The notes under the pieces were generated by a model that did not search any database, was not told where the DNA came from, and saw only the letters and a program-made list of their open reading frames with translations. From an uncultured Fodinibius sp. (lineage in GTDB: Bacteria > Bacteroidota > Rhodothermia > Balneolales > Balneolaceae), in contig CAJXOG010000010.1 in the NCBI GenBank assembly GCA_913057775.1, forward strand, positions 40,523-104,522: DNA of 64,000 bases, read 5' to 3'. Shown piece after piece: positions 19,599 through 30,300 of this stretch. A program made the translations under genes and the position numbers. The stretch's first letter is position 1. Each line of letters opens with the position of its first letter.

Positions 19599-20312
19599 CT
19601 AATCGTCCATGACTGAGATAATATGTTCTTCTTTGAGAAGTGGCTGGCCTTTGTAGCGCCGGAACAGCTGAGCAGTGGCCACCACATCTTTTTCGCAGTA
19701 CTTGGCAATACGCTCTACATCATTGTCTTCCCAGTACACGCGAGCAACATCTTCTCCTGAAATATCGTCTTTAGGGGAAGGAATATTGAAAATATTAGTC
19801 AATAGGCTAAGAGAGGTATAATGTTTATAATCCCCGAATTTCCATAATTCCATAGTGTCAAGATGATTGATTTCCCAGGGCTTTTTACCTGCAATATCCA
19901 AAAGGGAAGGCAGGCTTAGGCCGTTTATTAACATGCGGCGCGCGATATAGGGGAAGTCAAACTCCTTACCGTTGTGGGCACATAAAAGATCGTTGTTAGA
20001 ACTGTAATGGTTCTTCAACAGCTGGTTAAAGTTCGTTAAAAGCTCTTTTTCATCATCGCCATAAAAAGATTTAAGACGAAGTTTATTTTGCTGGATAAAG
20101 CCAACCGAGATACAGACGATTTTTCCAAACTCCGCCAGTATGCCAGCAGTATCGTAGATGTCTTCGGCTGATTGGTCTTCTTTACGTTTAAATTTGGTTT
20201 TGTCGTCCCACAGCTCCTGTTTTTCTTCATCAAGGTCGTCAAAGTGGTACACCTGCGGCACGGTTTCAATATCTAAAAAAAGAATCTTAGAAGTTTTAAT
20301 ATGATCAAGCAT
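19599..20312 (-). CDS. 3'-5' exonuclease, RNase H-like (PolB-exonuclease-domain related)
   Basis: It has ILFLDIETVP (ExoI-like DxE), HNGKEFDFPYI and CEKDVVATAQL (ExoIII-like). The start was chosen at MLDHIKT (20312); an in-frame ATG further upstream at 20354 is an alternative. Confidence 0.65.
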   Translation of the reverse strand: MLDHIKTSKILFLDIETVPQVYHFDDLDEEKQELWDDKTKFKRKEDQSAEDIYDTAGILAEFGKIVCISVGFIQQNKLRLKSFYGDDEKELLTNFNQLLKNHYSSNNDLLCAHNGKEFDFPYIARRMLINGLSLPSLLDIAGKKPWEINHLDTMELWKFGDYKHYTSLSLLTNIFNIPSPKDDISGEDVARVYWEDNDVERIAKYCEKDVVATAQLFRRYKGQPLLKEEHIISVMDD

Positions 20313-20376
20313 AGGCAGAAAAAAATGCCGCAAATGCGTAGGCATCTGCGGCATAATAATTTAAAAATGAATGTTA

Positions 20377-20946
20377 TCAGTTAGAGCCTGCATTGGCAAC
20401 GCCAATTACACCACATCCCATGCGTGCTCCAGCAGCACCGGTCGGTTGAGATTCGAGGTCATCTTCACCGGCATGGATAATGATACCGCGTCCCATTATA
20501 CTTTCGGAACCATTAAGGGTAATAGTATTATCTACATAATTGATGGTGGCATTTCCATCAGCATCAGCTTCGAGGTTGCCCATGTCGCCTACATGACGGC
20601 TTTCGGCATCAGGACCGGCATGTGAGTTATCAGCGGGATTGTAGTGTCCGCCGGCTGAAGTACCATCTGCAGCCCGACAATCACCGTACTGGTGAATATG
20701 GAAACCGTGCTTGCCTTCTTCCAATCCTTCAAACTCACCTTGGACACGCACGCTATCGTCTTCTTGTTCAAAAGTAACGGTTCCGGTAACGTCTCCATTA
20801 TCGGTAGGATGAACAACTGCCACAGCTTTGGTGAAATTGGTTGCTGGTTCAGTGGTTGTTTCCTCCTGTTCCATCTCCTGTTGTGCACAACCTATAGCAA
20901 AAAAGAGCAGTACAAATGATAGCAAATACTTTTTTAATGATTGCAT
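20377..20946 (-). CDS. sodC: Cu,Zn superoxide dismutase, lipoprotein
   Basis: 189 aa. It has the lipobox FAIGC, the metal-binding motif GFHIHQYGDC, then GGHYNP and HAGEDD. Confidence 0.9.
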   Translation of the reverse strand: MQSLKKYLLSFVLLFFAIGCAQQEMEQEETTTEPATNFTKAVAVVHPTDNGDVTGTVTFEQEDDSVRVQGEFEGLEEGKHGFHIHQYGDCRAADGTSAGGHYNPADNSHAGPDAESRHVGDMGNLEADADGNATINYVDNTITLNGSESIMGRGIIIHAGEDDLESQPTGAAGARMGCGVIGVANAGSN

Positions 20947-21161
20947 GAGTTAATATGATTTTTGGTTTTTATTAATGTTCCAATCCTTATCCCATAACAA
21001 GAGCTAATGTATTGGCATTCAATGTAAGTTAAAAATGCGTATCTGGATATATGGATGGTAGATAATTACCTAAGAGATTTTCCATGAATGCATGAGTGCT
21101 GATTGATTTATATCTTATCACATTGTTGATGTAATTGAAAACCTACAAATCCTTATTAATT

Positions 21162-21590
21162 ATGGCAGAAGAACCAACACCGCTTTTTCATTTAGCATTT
21201 CCGGTTTCCGATCTGGAAGAAACACTCACTTTTTATCGGGATATCTTAGGCTGTGATACAGGACGGAGTTCAGATCACTGGATCGATTTTGATTTTTGGG
21301 GGCACCAGGTTGTGGCGCATCTAAGTCCTGAGGAAGCGGGCAAATCGAGCATGAATGATGTGGATGGCCACGCCGTACCGGCCAAGCATTTTGGATTAAT
21401 TTTAGAGTGGGAACAGTGGGAGGAGCTGGCCGATCGGTTAGAGAACGAAGGTGTTGATTTTATTATTGAACCGTACGTTCGATTTGAGGGCAAGCCCGGT
21501 GAACAGGCTACGATGTTTTTTAAGGATCCCAGTGGCAACGCGCTTGAATTCAAGGCCTTTCGAAATAAAGATCAGATTTTTGCAACATGA
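21162..21590 (+). CDS. VOC (glyoxalase/bleomycin-resistance/dioxygenase) family protein
   Basis: LFHLAFPVSDLEETLTFYRDILG is a typical VOC N-terminal beta-alpha-beta-beta-beta unit. The ATG at 21162 is preferred to the upstream TTG at 21135. Confidence 0.75.
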   Translation: MAEEPTPLFHLAFPVSDLEETLTFYRDILGCDTGRSSDHWIDFDFWGHQVVAHLSPEEAGKSSMNDVDGHAVPAKHFGLILEWEQWEELADRLENEGVDFIIEPYVRFEGKPGEQATMFFKDPSGNALEFKAFRNKDQIFAT

Positions 21591-21594
21591 TAAT

Positions 21595-21644
21595 AGTATT
21601 GAGTAGTGAGTATTGAGATGCTGGTTTTCTCACTACTTAATACT
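21595..21644. terminator. long hairpin between convergent genes (probable bidirectional terminator)
   Basis: AGTATTGAGTAGTGAG (21595..21610) pairs with CTCACTACTTAATACT (21629..21644). This is a 16-bp stem with one G-T wobble and an 18-nt loop. No clean T-run follows, hence the moderate confidence. Confidence 0.5.
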
Positions 21645-21656
21645 CATAACTCACTA

Positions 21657-23621
21657 CTATTCACTAAACTCCTCTTCGATTTCACTCATTTTTATCGCCA
21701 GTTCTTCCCATTCGGCGTAGATTTCAACGAGTTTTCCCTTGAGTTTTTCGTACTCCATGGAGATCTCTTTTACTTGTTCCTCGTCGTCATAGAAGTCCGG
21801 TTCGGCCATTAGATTCTCGATCTCCTCTTTACGCTCTTCGAGCTTCTCAATTTTTTCTTCCAGCGGATCCATTTTCTTTTTCAGCGGCTTTAGCTTGTCA
21901 TGCCTTTTTTGCCGCTTTTGGGCAGTAATTCGCCGTTCTTCCTTGCGCGACAATCCATTATTGGACGACTCAGATTTGTTGTTATCCGAAGTAGGATCTT
22001 TTTCGGCCTTCTCTCGCTCTTCCGCCTTTTCCAGGTAGTAAGAGACGTTTCCGTAGAACGTGTTGGTCTCATTAGGACGTACTTCCAGCACTTTATCCAC
22101 AATGGGGTCCAGAAAATCCCGATCGTGACTTACAATCATATAAGTGCCTTCGTACTGGTCAAGTGCCTGCTGCAAAATTTCCTTGGATTGCATATCCAAA
22201 TGGTTTGTGGGCTCGTCAAAAATCAGGAAGTTCGCAGGTTGCACCAGCATCCGTGCCAAGGCAAGGCGACTTTTCTCTCCGCCTGATAGTACTGATACTT
22301 TTTTAAATACGTCATCACCTTGGAAAAGGAAACATCCCAAAATGGTACGCAGGCGGGTTTCATCAGTTTTGGGCGCGGCCTCCCGCATAATTTCAAATAC
22401 TGTTTTGTTGAGATCCAGCTCATCGGCTTGGTGTTGGGCAAAATAGGAGGTTGTCACATTATGACCGGGTTCGCGTTCACCGGCATCAAAGTCTTCAAGT
22501 CCGGCAAGCATGCGAATCATGGTCGATTTTCCCGCGCCATTGGGACCCACAACCGCAATTTTATCCCTGCGATCAATGGAGTAGGAGAGATCATCGAAAA
22601 CAATATTATCATCGTATTGCTTTCGGACATCGTTAAGCTTCATCACCACAGCGCCGCTGCGTTCTGGTGGTGGAAATTCGAAGAAAATTTCCTCTTCCCG
22701 CTCGTCGAGCTCAATTTTATCCATTTTTTCCAGCTGCTTAATGCGACTCTGCACTTGAGCGGCCTTGCTGGCGTTATAGCGGAACTTGTCGATAAATTCT
22801 TGTATCTCTTTGATCTCCTGCTGTTGATTTTCATAGGCTTTGCGAAGGTGCTCTTTTCGCTCGGCATGCTTTTCCTCGTAATAATCGTAATTGCCGGCAT
22901 AATCATGTAAGTCACCGCGCTCAAGAGCCAGCGTGCGGGTGGTGATTTTATTCAGGAAAGCCTTGTCGTGCGAGACAATAATGACTGCACCCTCGTAGCC
23001 ATTCAAAAACTGTTCGATCCAGCGGAGCGATTCAATATCCAAGTGGTTCGTAGGCTCATCCAACAATAGGTACATGGGACGCTGAAGCAGGAGTTTGCCA
23101 AGCGCGATACGCATCAGCCAGCCTCCGCTGAATTCAGTGGTCGAACGCTCAAAATCATCCGGCGTAAACCCAAGCCCCATCAATACTTTTTCAATATTTG
23201 ATTCCAGCGCATAAGCTCCGGATTGTTCAATACGATTCTGGAGCTTTCCTACCTGTTCCATAGCTGCGTTATACTCTTGACTCCCTTCCTCAAGCGTAGC
23301 TAACTCTTCGCGTGCTCGTTGCACTTTTTCTTCGAGCTCCTGGATATCGGCAAAAGCACTTTCCATCTCTTCATAGACCGTAAGATTAGGGTCAGGATCT
23401 ACGCCATCTTGCGGCAGATAGCCGACGGTAGCTGCTTTCGACATGGTAATATTCCCACCATTGGGTTCAACTTCCCCGGCGATAATTTTGAGCAGCGTGG
23501 ATTTACCGGCACCATTCGGACCTACGAGTCCAACCCGTTCACCGGGATTAATAATGGTGCTGATGCCGTCGAGTAGCGTTTCGTCGCCGAATGATAGAGA
23601 TATGTTTTCGAGTTGAAGCAA
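21657..23621 (-). CDS. ABC-F family ATPase (Uup/YheS-like)
   Basis: It has two ABC cassettes: Walker A GPNGAGKST twice, signatures FSGGW and LSGGEKSR, and Walker B LLLDEPTNHLD / LIFDEPTNHLD. There are no TM segments, and the C-terminal tail is a Lys/Glu-rich coiled coil. The start is probably the TTG giving MLQLENISLSFG; the track ORF extends to 23663. Confidence 0.85.
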   Translation of the reverse strand: MLQLENISLSFGDETLLDGISTIINPGERVGLVGPNGAGKSTLLKIIAGEVEPNGGNITMSKAATVGYLPQDGVDPDPNLTVYEEMESAFADIQELEEKVQRAREELATLEEGSQEYNAAMEQVGKLQNRIEQSGAYALESNIEKVLMGLGFTPDDFERSTTEFSGGWLMRIALGKLLLQRPMYLLLDEPTNHLDIESLRWIEQFLNGYEGAVIIVSHDKAFLNKITTRTLALERGDLHDYAGNYDYYEEKHAERKEHLRKAYENQQQEIKEIQEFIDKFRYNASKAAQVQSRIKQLEKMDKIELDEREEEIFFEFPPPERSGAVVMKLNDVRKQYDDNIVFDDLSYSIDRRDKIAVVGPNGAGKSTMIRMLAGLEDFDAGEREPGHNVTTSYFAQHQADELDLNKTVFEIMREAAPKTDETRLRTILGCFLFQGDDVFKKVSVLSGGEKSRLALARMLVQPANFLIFDEPTNHLDMQSKEILQQALDQYEGTYMIVSHDRDFLDPIVDKVLEVRPNETNTFYGNVSYYLEKAEEREKAEKDPTSDNNKSESSNNGLSRKEERRITAQKRQKRHDKLKPLKKKMDPLEEKIEKLEERKEEIENLMAEPDFYDDEEQVKEISMEYEKLKGKLVEIYAEWEELAIKMSEIEEEFSE

Positions 23622-23769
23622 GAATATAAGTTCTTTAAAATTGGCACTTAATATAACCATCAAAGCAGTGGAGCTAAATGATTTTTTGGGATTTTTTTTG
23701 ATAAACCTAGAATCATGGATTCTGTGATGGAAGCTTTTTAATCAGGTACAATTGTTCTATTTTTGACCT

Positions 23770-24852
23770 ATGTATTTACTGATATTTTATTTGGCGCTTG
23801 CGATCGGGGTATCGTTTATGTGTTCTATATTGGAGGCAGTGCTTCTCTCGGTAAGCCATTCCTATATTGCTATCATGGAGCGAAAGGGGAATACATCGGG
23901 TAAACTTCTCCATAGTTACAAGGAAGATGTCGATCGGCCGCTTTCCGCCATTCTTAGTTTAAATACCATAGCCCATACCGTTGGCGCTGCCGGAGTGGGT
24001 GCACAGGCGCAAATTGTTTTTGGGGATGCTTATGTAGCTATTACTTCAGCCGTGCTAACATTTTTAATTTTAGTGCTTTCTGAAATTATTCCTAAAACGA
24101 TTGGGGCAACGTATTGGCGAAGTTTGGCACCAATGGCTGCTAAAACACTTCGCGTACTTATGTTTTTAATGTATCCCCTGGTAGTGATGTCGCAAGCGAT
24201 TACAAGATGGCTTGCACAGGATGAAAAGGTCCCCAGTTTTAGTCGTGAGGAATTCGGAGCCATGGCTGATCGTGGGGTAGAAGAGGGTATTTTTGAAGAG
24301 GAAGAATCGCGCATCTTTAAGAATTTGATTCGCTTTAATTCACTTCGGGTCAAAGATATTATGACCCCCCGTACGGTGGTAGTTGGTTTTGATGAAACGC
24401 TGAAGGTGAGTGATGTTAGTGAAAATTTAGAACGGCTTCATTTTTCGCGGCTTCCCGTTTATGGTGCCGGTCGTGATGAAGTAACTGGCTACGTGCTTAA
24501 AAATGATTTGTTGCTGATGTTGGCTCGCGGGGAAACGGATAAAGAGTTAAAAGAATTTAAGCGTGATATTCTTATTGTCCCTGAGGTGATGCCGCTACAG
24601 GATTTCTTTGAACAACTGATGAAAAAGCAGGAGCACATCGCCATAGTAGTAGATGAGTACGGTGGTTTTGCTGGTGTTGTAACAATGGAAGACCTTGTGG
24701 AAACGCTTCTGGGGATGGAGATTATTGACGAGGTAGATACCATTGAAGATATGCAAAAGATGGCGCGCAAAAAATGGATGGAGCGGGCAAAAAGGCTGGG
24801 TATTGTTTCCGAGGATACCGAAGAAGCCCCATCACTGGATTCAGCTTCATAA
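23770..24852 (+). CDS. CNNM/DUF21 transmembrane protein with CBS pair (hemolysin-family / putative Mg2+/Co2+ efflux type)
   Basis: 360 aa. It has four N-terminal TM helices, then tandem CBS-like segments (VKDIMTPRTVVVGFDE...; IAIVVDEYGGFAGVVTMEDLVETLLG). No CorC_HlyC tail is present. Confidence 0.8.
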   Translation: MYLLIFYLALAIGVSFMCSILEAVLLSVSHSYIAIMERKGNTSGKLLHSYKEDVDRPLSAILSLNTIAHTVGAAGVGAQAQIVFGDAYVAITSAVLTFLILVLSEIIPKTIGATYWRSLAPMAAKTLRVLMFLMYPLVVMSQAITRWLAQDEKVPSFSREEFGAMADRGVEEGIFEEEESRIFKNLIRFNSLRVKDIMTPRTVVVGFDETLKVSDVSENLERLHFSRLPVYGAGRDEVTGYVLKNDLLLMLARGETDKELKEFKRDILIVPEVMPLQDFFEQLMKKQEHIAIVVDEYGGFAGVVTMEDLVETLLGMEIIDEVDTIEDMQKMARKKWMERAKRLGIVSEDTEEAPSLDSAS

Positions 24853-25399
24853 TAGTACTATGCTTGCTTATACAATTTTTGGTATTACTTGTGTAGCACA
24901 TACCTTTATTGTTTGACTTATTAACAATCAAACAACTGTACAAGATAACAGGTTTAACAGAGGTCGTTCTATTCTATTTTAAATGGGACTTACATCTTTT
25001 TACTGTTTCCGGTTCGCCATTTGTACTATTATTTATGAGGTTTTGAATGAAGGATATTTGATATCGTTTTGGATGATGGAAATATTTAATTGGTCTTTTC
25101 AGAAAAGAGCCTTTATAGTTTGTATTCCTAGAAGGGGGATAACGAAGATAGTTAGCATCGGATATTAATAATAGAAGGGAAGGAGGAGTTCTGCTGGATG
25201 CCAACTTAACCCTGGGCAGAATTTTATCACGAATTGGGATGGATATAATTAAGGTATTTAATAGTATCTATTTTGATTTAATATTTTTAATTATAAGATA
25301 CTGGTCTGCTAATAATATTACCGCAACCCTTTATTAGCTTTAAAGTGAGTGGAGTATTAGTTCAGGATTACTGATTACAATATCGGCTTTCGCTAACAT

Positions 25400-25960
25400 A
25401 TGAATATCGCAAAAGGAAAAACAGACGAGGCTGGCAACAATCTGGTGGAAAGGATTCGCGAGGGGGACGAGCAGGCTTTTGAAAAGCTCTTTTGTGAGTA
25501 CTATTATGATTTGTGTTCTTTTGCTTATCAGTTTACAAGCTGTAACGAACGGGCTAAAGATCTTGTACAAGATGTGTTTATAAAAATCTGGAATCGCCGC
25601 GAAAAGTGGAAAGTGCACCGTTCTGTTAAAGCCTATCTTTTGAAAGCGGTTCGCAATACTGCAATTAATCATATTAACGAAAGAGGGCATCGAAATGAAG
25701 TCCGAGAGACCCTTTCAAGAGAGAAGCTGCAAAATATAAAGCCATCAGTTGATTTCGGACTTGATAAAAAGGATGAGTTAGTTGATCAAATATGGGAAGC
25801 TGTTGTAGCGATGCCTGAACGCCGCCGCAGGGTATTTATCCTTTATCACCGGCACGGACTTAGCTATGACGAAATTGCTGAAGTTTTGGATATTAGTCGC
25901 AAGACTGTTGAAAACCATATGGGGTTGGCACTTAAAGATATTCGCGCACAAATAGGATGA
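25400..25960 (+). CDS. ECF-type RNA polymerase sigma-70 factor
   Basis: 186 aa. Region 2 is FEKLFCEYYYDLCSFAYQF...AKDLVQDVFIKIW and the region 4 HTH is LSYDEIAEVLDISRKTVENHM. Confidence 0.85.
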   Translation: MNIAKGKTDEAGNNLVERIREGDEQAFEKLFCEYYYDLCSFAYQFTSCNERAKDLVQDVFIKIWNRREKWKVHRSVKAYLLKAVRNTAINHINERGHRNEVRETLSREKLQNIKPSVDFGLDKKDELVDQIWEAVVAMPERRRRVFILYHRHGLSYDEIAEVLDISRKTVENHMGLALKDIRAQIG

Positions 25961-26123
25961 GCTAATACTTTTGGCCGGTTCATTTTTGTAGAAAAACCTT
26001 TCTTAAAACCTTTTCAGTATTCTTTAAATACGGATTTTAGTCACCCAAAATTTTAATTGGGGGTAGCGCTTTTCACAACTGTCTTATAGATGAAGAAAAG
26101 ATCGATCATTAAAAGACATTGTG

Positions 26124-27188
26124 ATGGAGCTAAATGGAAAAGAGTATCAATTGATTGCCAACTACTTGGCGGGCGAATGTACCGATCAGGAACGAAGAAG
26201 GGTTGAGCAGTGGATTGATCAGAGTCAAGAGAATAAGAGACAGTTTCAGAAATTAAGGCGCATCTGGCAGCTTTCCGGTAAGGCCGTTTCATCTGAGGAT
26301 ATGGAGTGGAATATTGATAAAGAATGGAATCGGCTGGGCAGGCAAATAAATAAACAGAAGGATTCATCAATCAGTAAGGATTCAGATGAAAAGCGCTATT
26401 GGTCTTTTCGGAGTTCATCCATTCATTCGGGAACTCAGAAATTTATTCGAATAGCTGCAGTTTTTTTAGTCGCCGGACTTTTTGGAGTACTCTCATACCA
26501 GAGTTGGCATCCATCTGATCAAAAACAACAGGAGCAGGTATTGCGACAAATTAGTACTGATAATGGACAGCGAGCCAACCTTACACTGGCCGATGGTACT
26601 GAAGTTATGCTCAATGCTGATAGTGAACTTAAACTTCCCACAAAATTTGCTTCTGATGTTCGTGAAGTCCATCTGGATGGTGAGGCCTATTTTAAGGTGT
26701 CAGAGAATAAGGACAAGCCTTTTTTAGTGTACTCTAACGAGTCAACGGTTCGGGTTTTGGGGACGGCTTTTTCTGTACGGGCATATCCTGAGGACCAGCA
26801 GGTGCAAGTTGTTGTTGAAGAAGGACGGGTTTCGTTTGGGCATAAAAAAGAATCTGAGGATCAAAAAGCTATTTTAAATCGCAATGAGTTGGGAACATTT
26901 GATCTCTCAACAAGTACTGTAGCCACTCGAACAGTGGAAGATATTGAATTATATATGAGCTGGCGAAATGGCTATTTGAAATTTGAAAAGAACCGATTGA
27001 ACGATGTAGCGAAGGCATTGGAGCGGAGATATGACGTGGAGGTCTTTTTTGAGGATCCGGCTCTAAAGGAGCTTCAGCTAACCGCATATTTGAAGAGTCG
27101 GTCGCTCCGAAATGTACTGGATGTGATTACGACATCTTTAGAAATTCAATATCAATTAGATGAGAATAAAGTCACTTTTATAAAATAA
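26124..27188 (+). CDS. FecR family anti-sigma factor
   Basis: It has an N-terminal anti-sigma segment (LIANYLAGECTDQERRRVEQWI), one TM helix (IAAVFLVAGLFGVLSY) and a FecR periplasmic domain (LADGTEVMLNADSEL...GEAYFKV...VRVLGTAFSV). It lies directly downstream of the ECF sigma gene. Confidence 0.85.
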   Translation: MELNGKEYQLIANYLAGECTDQERRRVEQWIDQSQENKRQFQKLRRIWQLSGKAVSSEDMEWNIDKEWNRLGRQINKQKDSSISKDSDEKRYWSFRSSSIHSGTQKFIRIAAVFLVAGLFGVLSYQSWHPSDQKQQEQVLRQISTDNGQRANLTLADGTEVMLNADSELKLPTKFASDVREVHLDGEAYFKVSENKDKPFLVYSNESTVRVLGTAFSVRAYPEDQQVQVVVEEGRVSFGHKKESEDQKAILNRNELGTFDLSTSTVATRTVEDIELYMSWRNGYLKFEKNRLNDVAKALERRYDVEVFFEDPALKELQLTAYLKSRSLRNVLDVITTSLEIQYQLDENKVTFIK

Positions 27189-27300
27189 TTCGGTGAGATA
27201 TAAAAATGATGTTTTGTAACCGGTTTCACTAAAACAGAAAACTTAGTAACTCAAAAGCGATAGTTTCTTAAATAAAAAAATCAATCCAAACGGAGGTTCT

Positions 27301-30300
27301 ATGAAAGAATCGTTATTGCATATTTTATCAAAGTCGGTGCTCTGGTGCCTGGCGGTATTGTTGGTTTCGCCAGTAAGCCAGGCGTATACGGCCGATGCTC
27401 AGGGACAGTATCTAACGTCTGCTGCAAATGAGTCTATCAACAAATCATTTTACTCGGTTAGCAAGTATTCCGATCGCATCCCGGAATTACAGGGAATCAT
27501 TTCAGTTGACGTGGAGAATGCGCCGATACGAGAAGTGTTGGAAAATATTGTATCGCGAGCAGATCTTGGCATAGCTTATAATGCCGAAATGCTTTCGTTA
27601 GGACAGCCGATAACCGTTAATATGAAAAATGTGACTGTAGCTAACGCTCTGCAAAAGGTGCTCAGGAACACCTCTTATGAAGCTGTTATCTCTAAAACGA
27701 GAGAAATTATATTGCGGGACCGTCCTGACCCTCCGCCACTGGTAATACAGTTTGAGCAAGAGATTTCCGGTACGGTAACGGATGCGGAGACAGGAGATCC
27801 ACTACCTGGTGTTAATGTGATGGTTCCCAATACAACGGTTGGTACATCAACCAATGAGAGTGGCGAATATTCAATTTCAGCCCCTGATGAGGCTGATAGC
27901 TTAGCATTTTCTTTTATTGGATATCAGCGCCAGGTTGTCCCCATAAATGGACGAAGTACTATTAATATTCAGCTCCAATCCGAGGTACAAACGTTTGGAG
28001 ATGATGTGGTAGTAACGGCATTGGGAATCACACGTGATGAACGATCCATTGGATATTCATCCCAGGAAGTGGGAGGAGATGAACTTACCTATTCCCAAGA
28101 TCAAAATGTAATTGGAGCTTTGTCAGGTAAAATTGCAGGAGTGCAAATTTCGGGATCTTCCGGAGCAAGTATGGGAGGTACTCAGACTATTAAAATTCGT
28201 GGCGTTAACTCGTTAAGCGGTGAAGGTCAACCGTTAATTGTGGTTGATGGAACCCCTATTTCCAATCAAAATTTTGCGGGAAGCGGAGGAGCTGATTTCG
28301 GTAACTTGGCACAGGATGTAAATCCCAATGATATTAAATCAGTAAACGTGCTTAAAGGACCTGCTGCTTCTGCCTTGTATGGTATTCGTGGACAATACGG
28401 TGTAGTTATGATTACTACCAAAAGTGGGGCAGGACAAAGAGATCTATCTGTTGAATTCAGTTCCAGTTTTGAAGTACAACGTGCCGGAAACTTTATGGAA
28501 TATCAGAATAAATACGGTGCAGGTTACTCATTAGACTTTCCTACACTTTCAAATGGTGATCCTTATGTACCTACAAATTGGGATGAAAGCTGGGGTCCTC
28601 GTATGGATGGAACCATGGTTCGAGAATATTTTAGTTTTTATCCACAGGATCCACGATATGGAGAGTTAACTCCCTTTAATCCACAGCCGGATAATGTTAA
28701 GAACTTTTTTGAAACCGGTTTTAAATCGAACCAAGCTATTTCAATTTCCGGAGGAGGAGATGATAGCAATTATCGTTTAAGTTTCAATGATTCCAGGACG
28801 GATGGAGTTTATCCCAATACCGAACATCATCGAAATAACCTGGGTGTGAGCGCTGGAATTGATGTAAGTGAGGATTGGAGATTCTCCACAAATATTAATT
28901 ATGCAAGAAATAGTGGGCAACGTCCGCCTCAGGGGTATGGATATGGATCCCAATACTTTCGACAATGGTTCCAACGCAATGTGAGCATGGAAGAACTAAA
29001 AGATTACAGATATGATGACGGCACTGTAAAACACTGGAATATTGGGATTCCTTCACAAGGAGAAACACCAAGTGCTGTTTATTGGGATAATCCATATTTT
29101 CTGGCTTATGAAAATGAAACAACGGATGATCGAAATCGTGTATTTGGTGACTTCGGAGTAGAATATAATGTGCTGCCCGAACTTACATTGAATGCATCAT
29201 TGCGCGGGGATGTATATGTACAGCATATTGAGTGGAAGTCCGCTGTAGGCGGTACGGGAACATCCGGCTATACGGTTGGCAAATACGAAAACCGGGAAAT
29301 GAACTACGATATTTCAGCTCAATATGTTAATGACTGGGGCGCTTTTTCAATAGATGCTACTGTTGGTGCAAACATGTACGATCGTGATTACTCCTTCTTG
29401 CGTCAGTCAACGGTAGGCGGACTGTCAACACCGGGTTATTATAATATTGCGGCTTCGGTTGATCGGCCCGATAACACATCTTACGAACTTGAAAAGCAGA
29501 TTTACAGTGCATATGGTCTGGTTTCTCTGGGATATGATGAGACCTATTTCGTTGACCTTAGTCTTCGAAATGACAAAACATCTACTTTGCCGGAGGATAA
29601 TAATTCCTATTGGTATCCATCAGTTTCAGGTAGTTTCGTATTCAGCGAACTTGTCGATTGGGAGCCGCTCACTTTTGGTAAACTTAGGTTAAGTTATGCG
29701 CAAGCAGGCTCTGACTTGAGTCCTTATCAAACATCAGCGGTCTACAGTATTGGTACTGTATATGATGGTACGAATACGCTGTCGGTACCTAACAATCTGA
29801 ATAATCCAGAGATAGAGCCATCGTTCTCACATTCGTATGAAGGTGGTGTTGACCTTAACTTCTTCGGCCGCTTGAAATTAAGCTTTACCTATTACGAGCA
29901 GCAGAACGAAAATCAGATAATACCTTTAGATATATCCGGAACCAGTGGATATAATACTGCTACTATAAATGCCGGTCTTATTGAAAATAGGGGCATCGAG
30001 GTTGAACTTTCGGGTACGCCTATTGAGTCAAGAGATTTGGTTTGGAACTCAAAATTTAACTTGGGTAGAAATCAAAATGAGGTTGTTGAACTTCATCCGG
30101 ATATCGATGTTTATACGCATAATAGTAGCGTGTATTCGGGAACTGCAAGTTATATGAACTCCTATGAAGGAGAAGAATACGGTGCTCTGGTAGGTCAGGC
30201 TTATGAGCGTGATGAAGAGACTGGCAAAATTTTGTTGGATAATAATAATTTGCCGATCTGGACGGATGCTACCCACAATTTTGGAAGTGTTCTTCCAGAA

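Noticed and set aside
24974-25204. Overlapping 76-aa (-) and 61-aa (+) ORFs in the long AT-rich spacer
   Set aside because: They mutually overlap on opposite strands and are low-complexity and basic. They have no SD/start context and no family resemblance.
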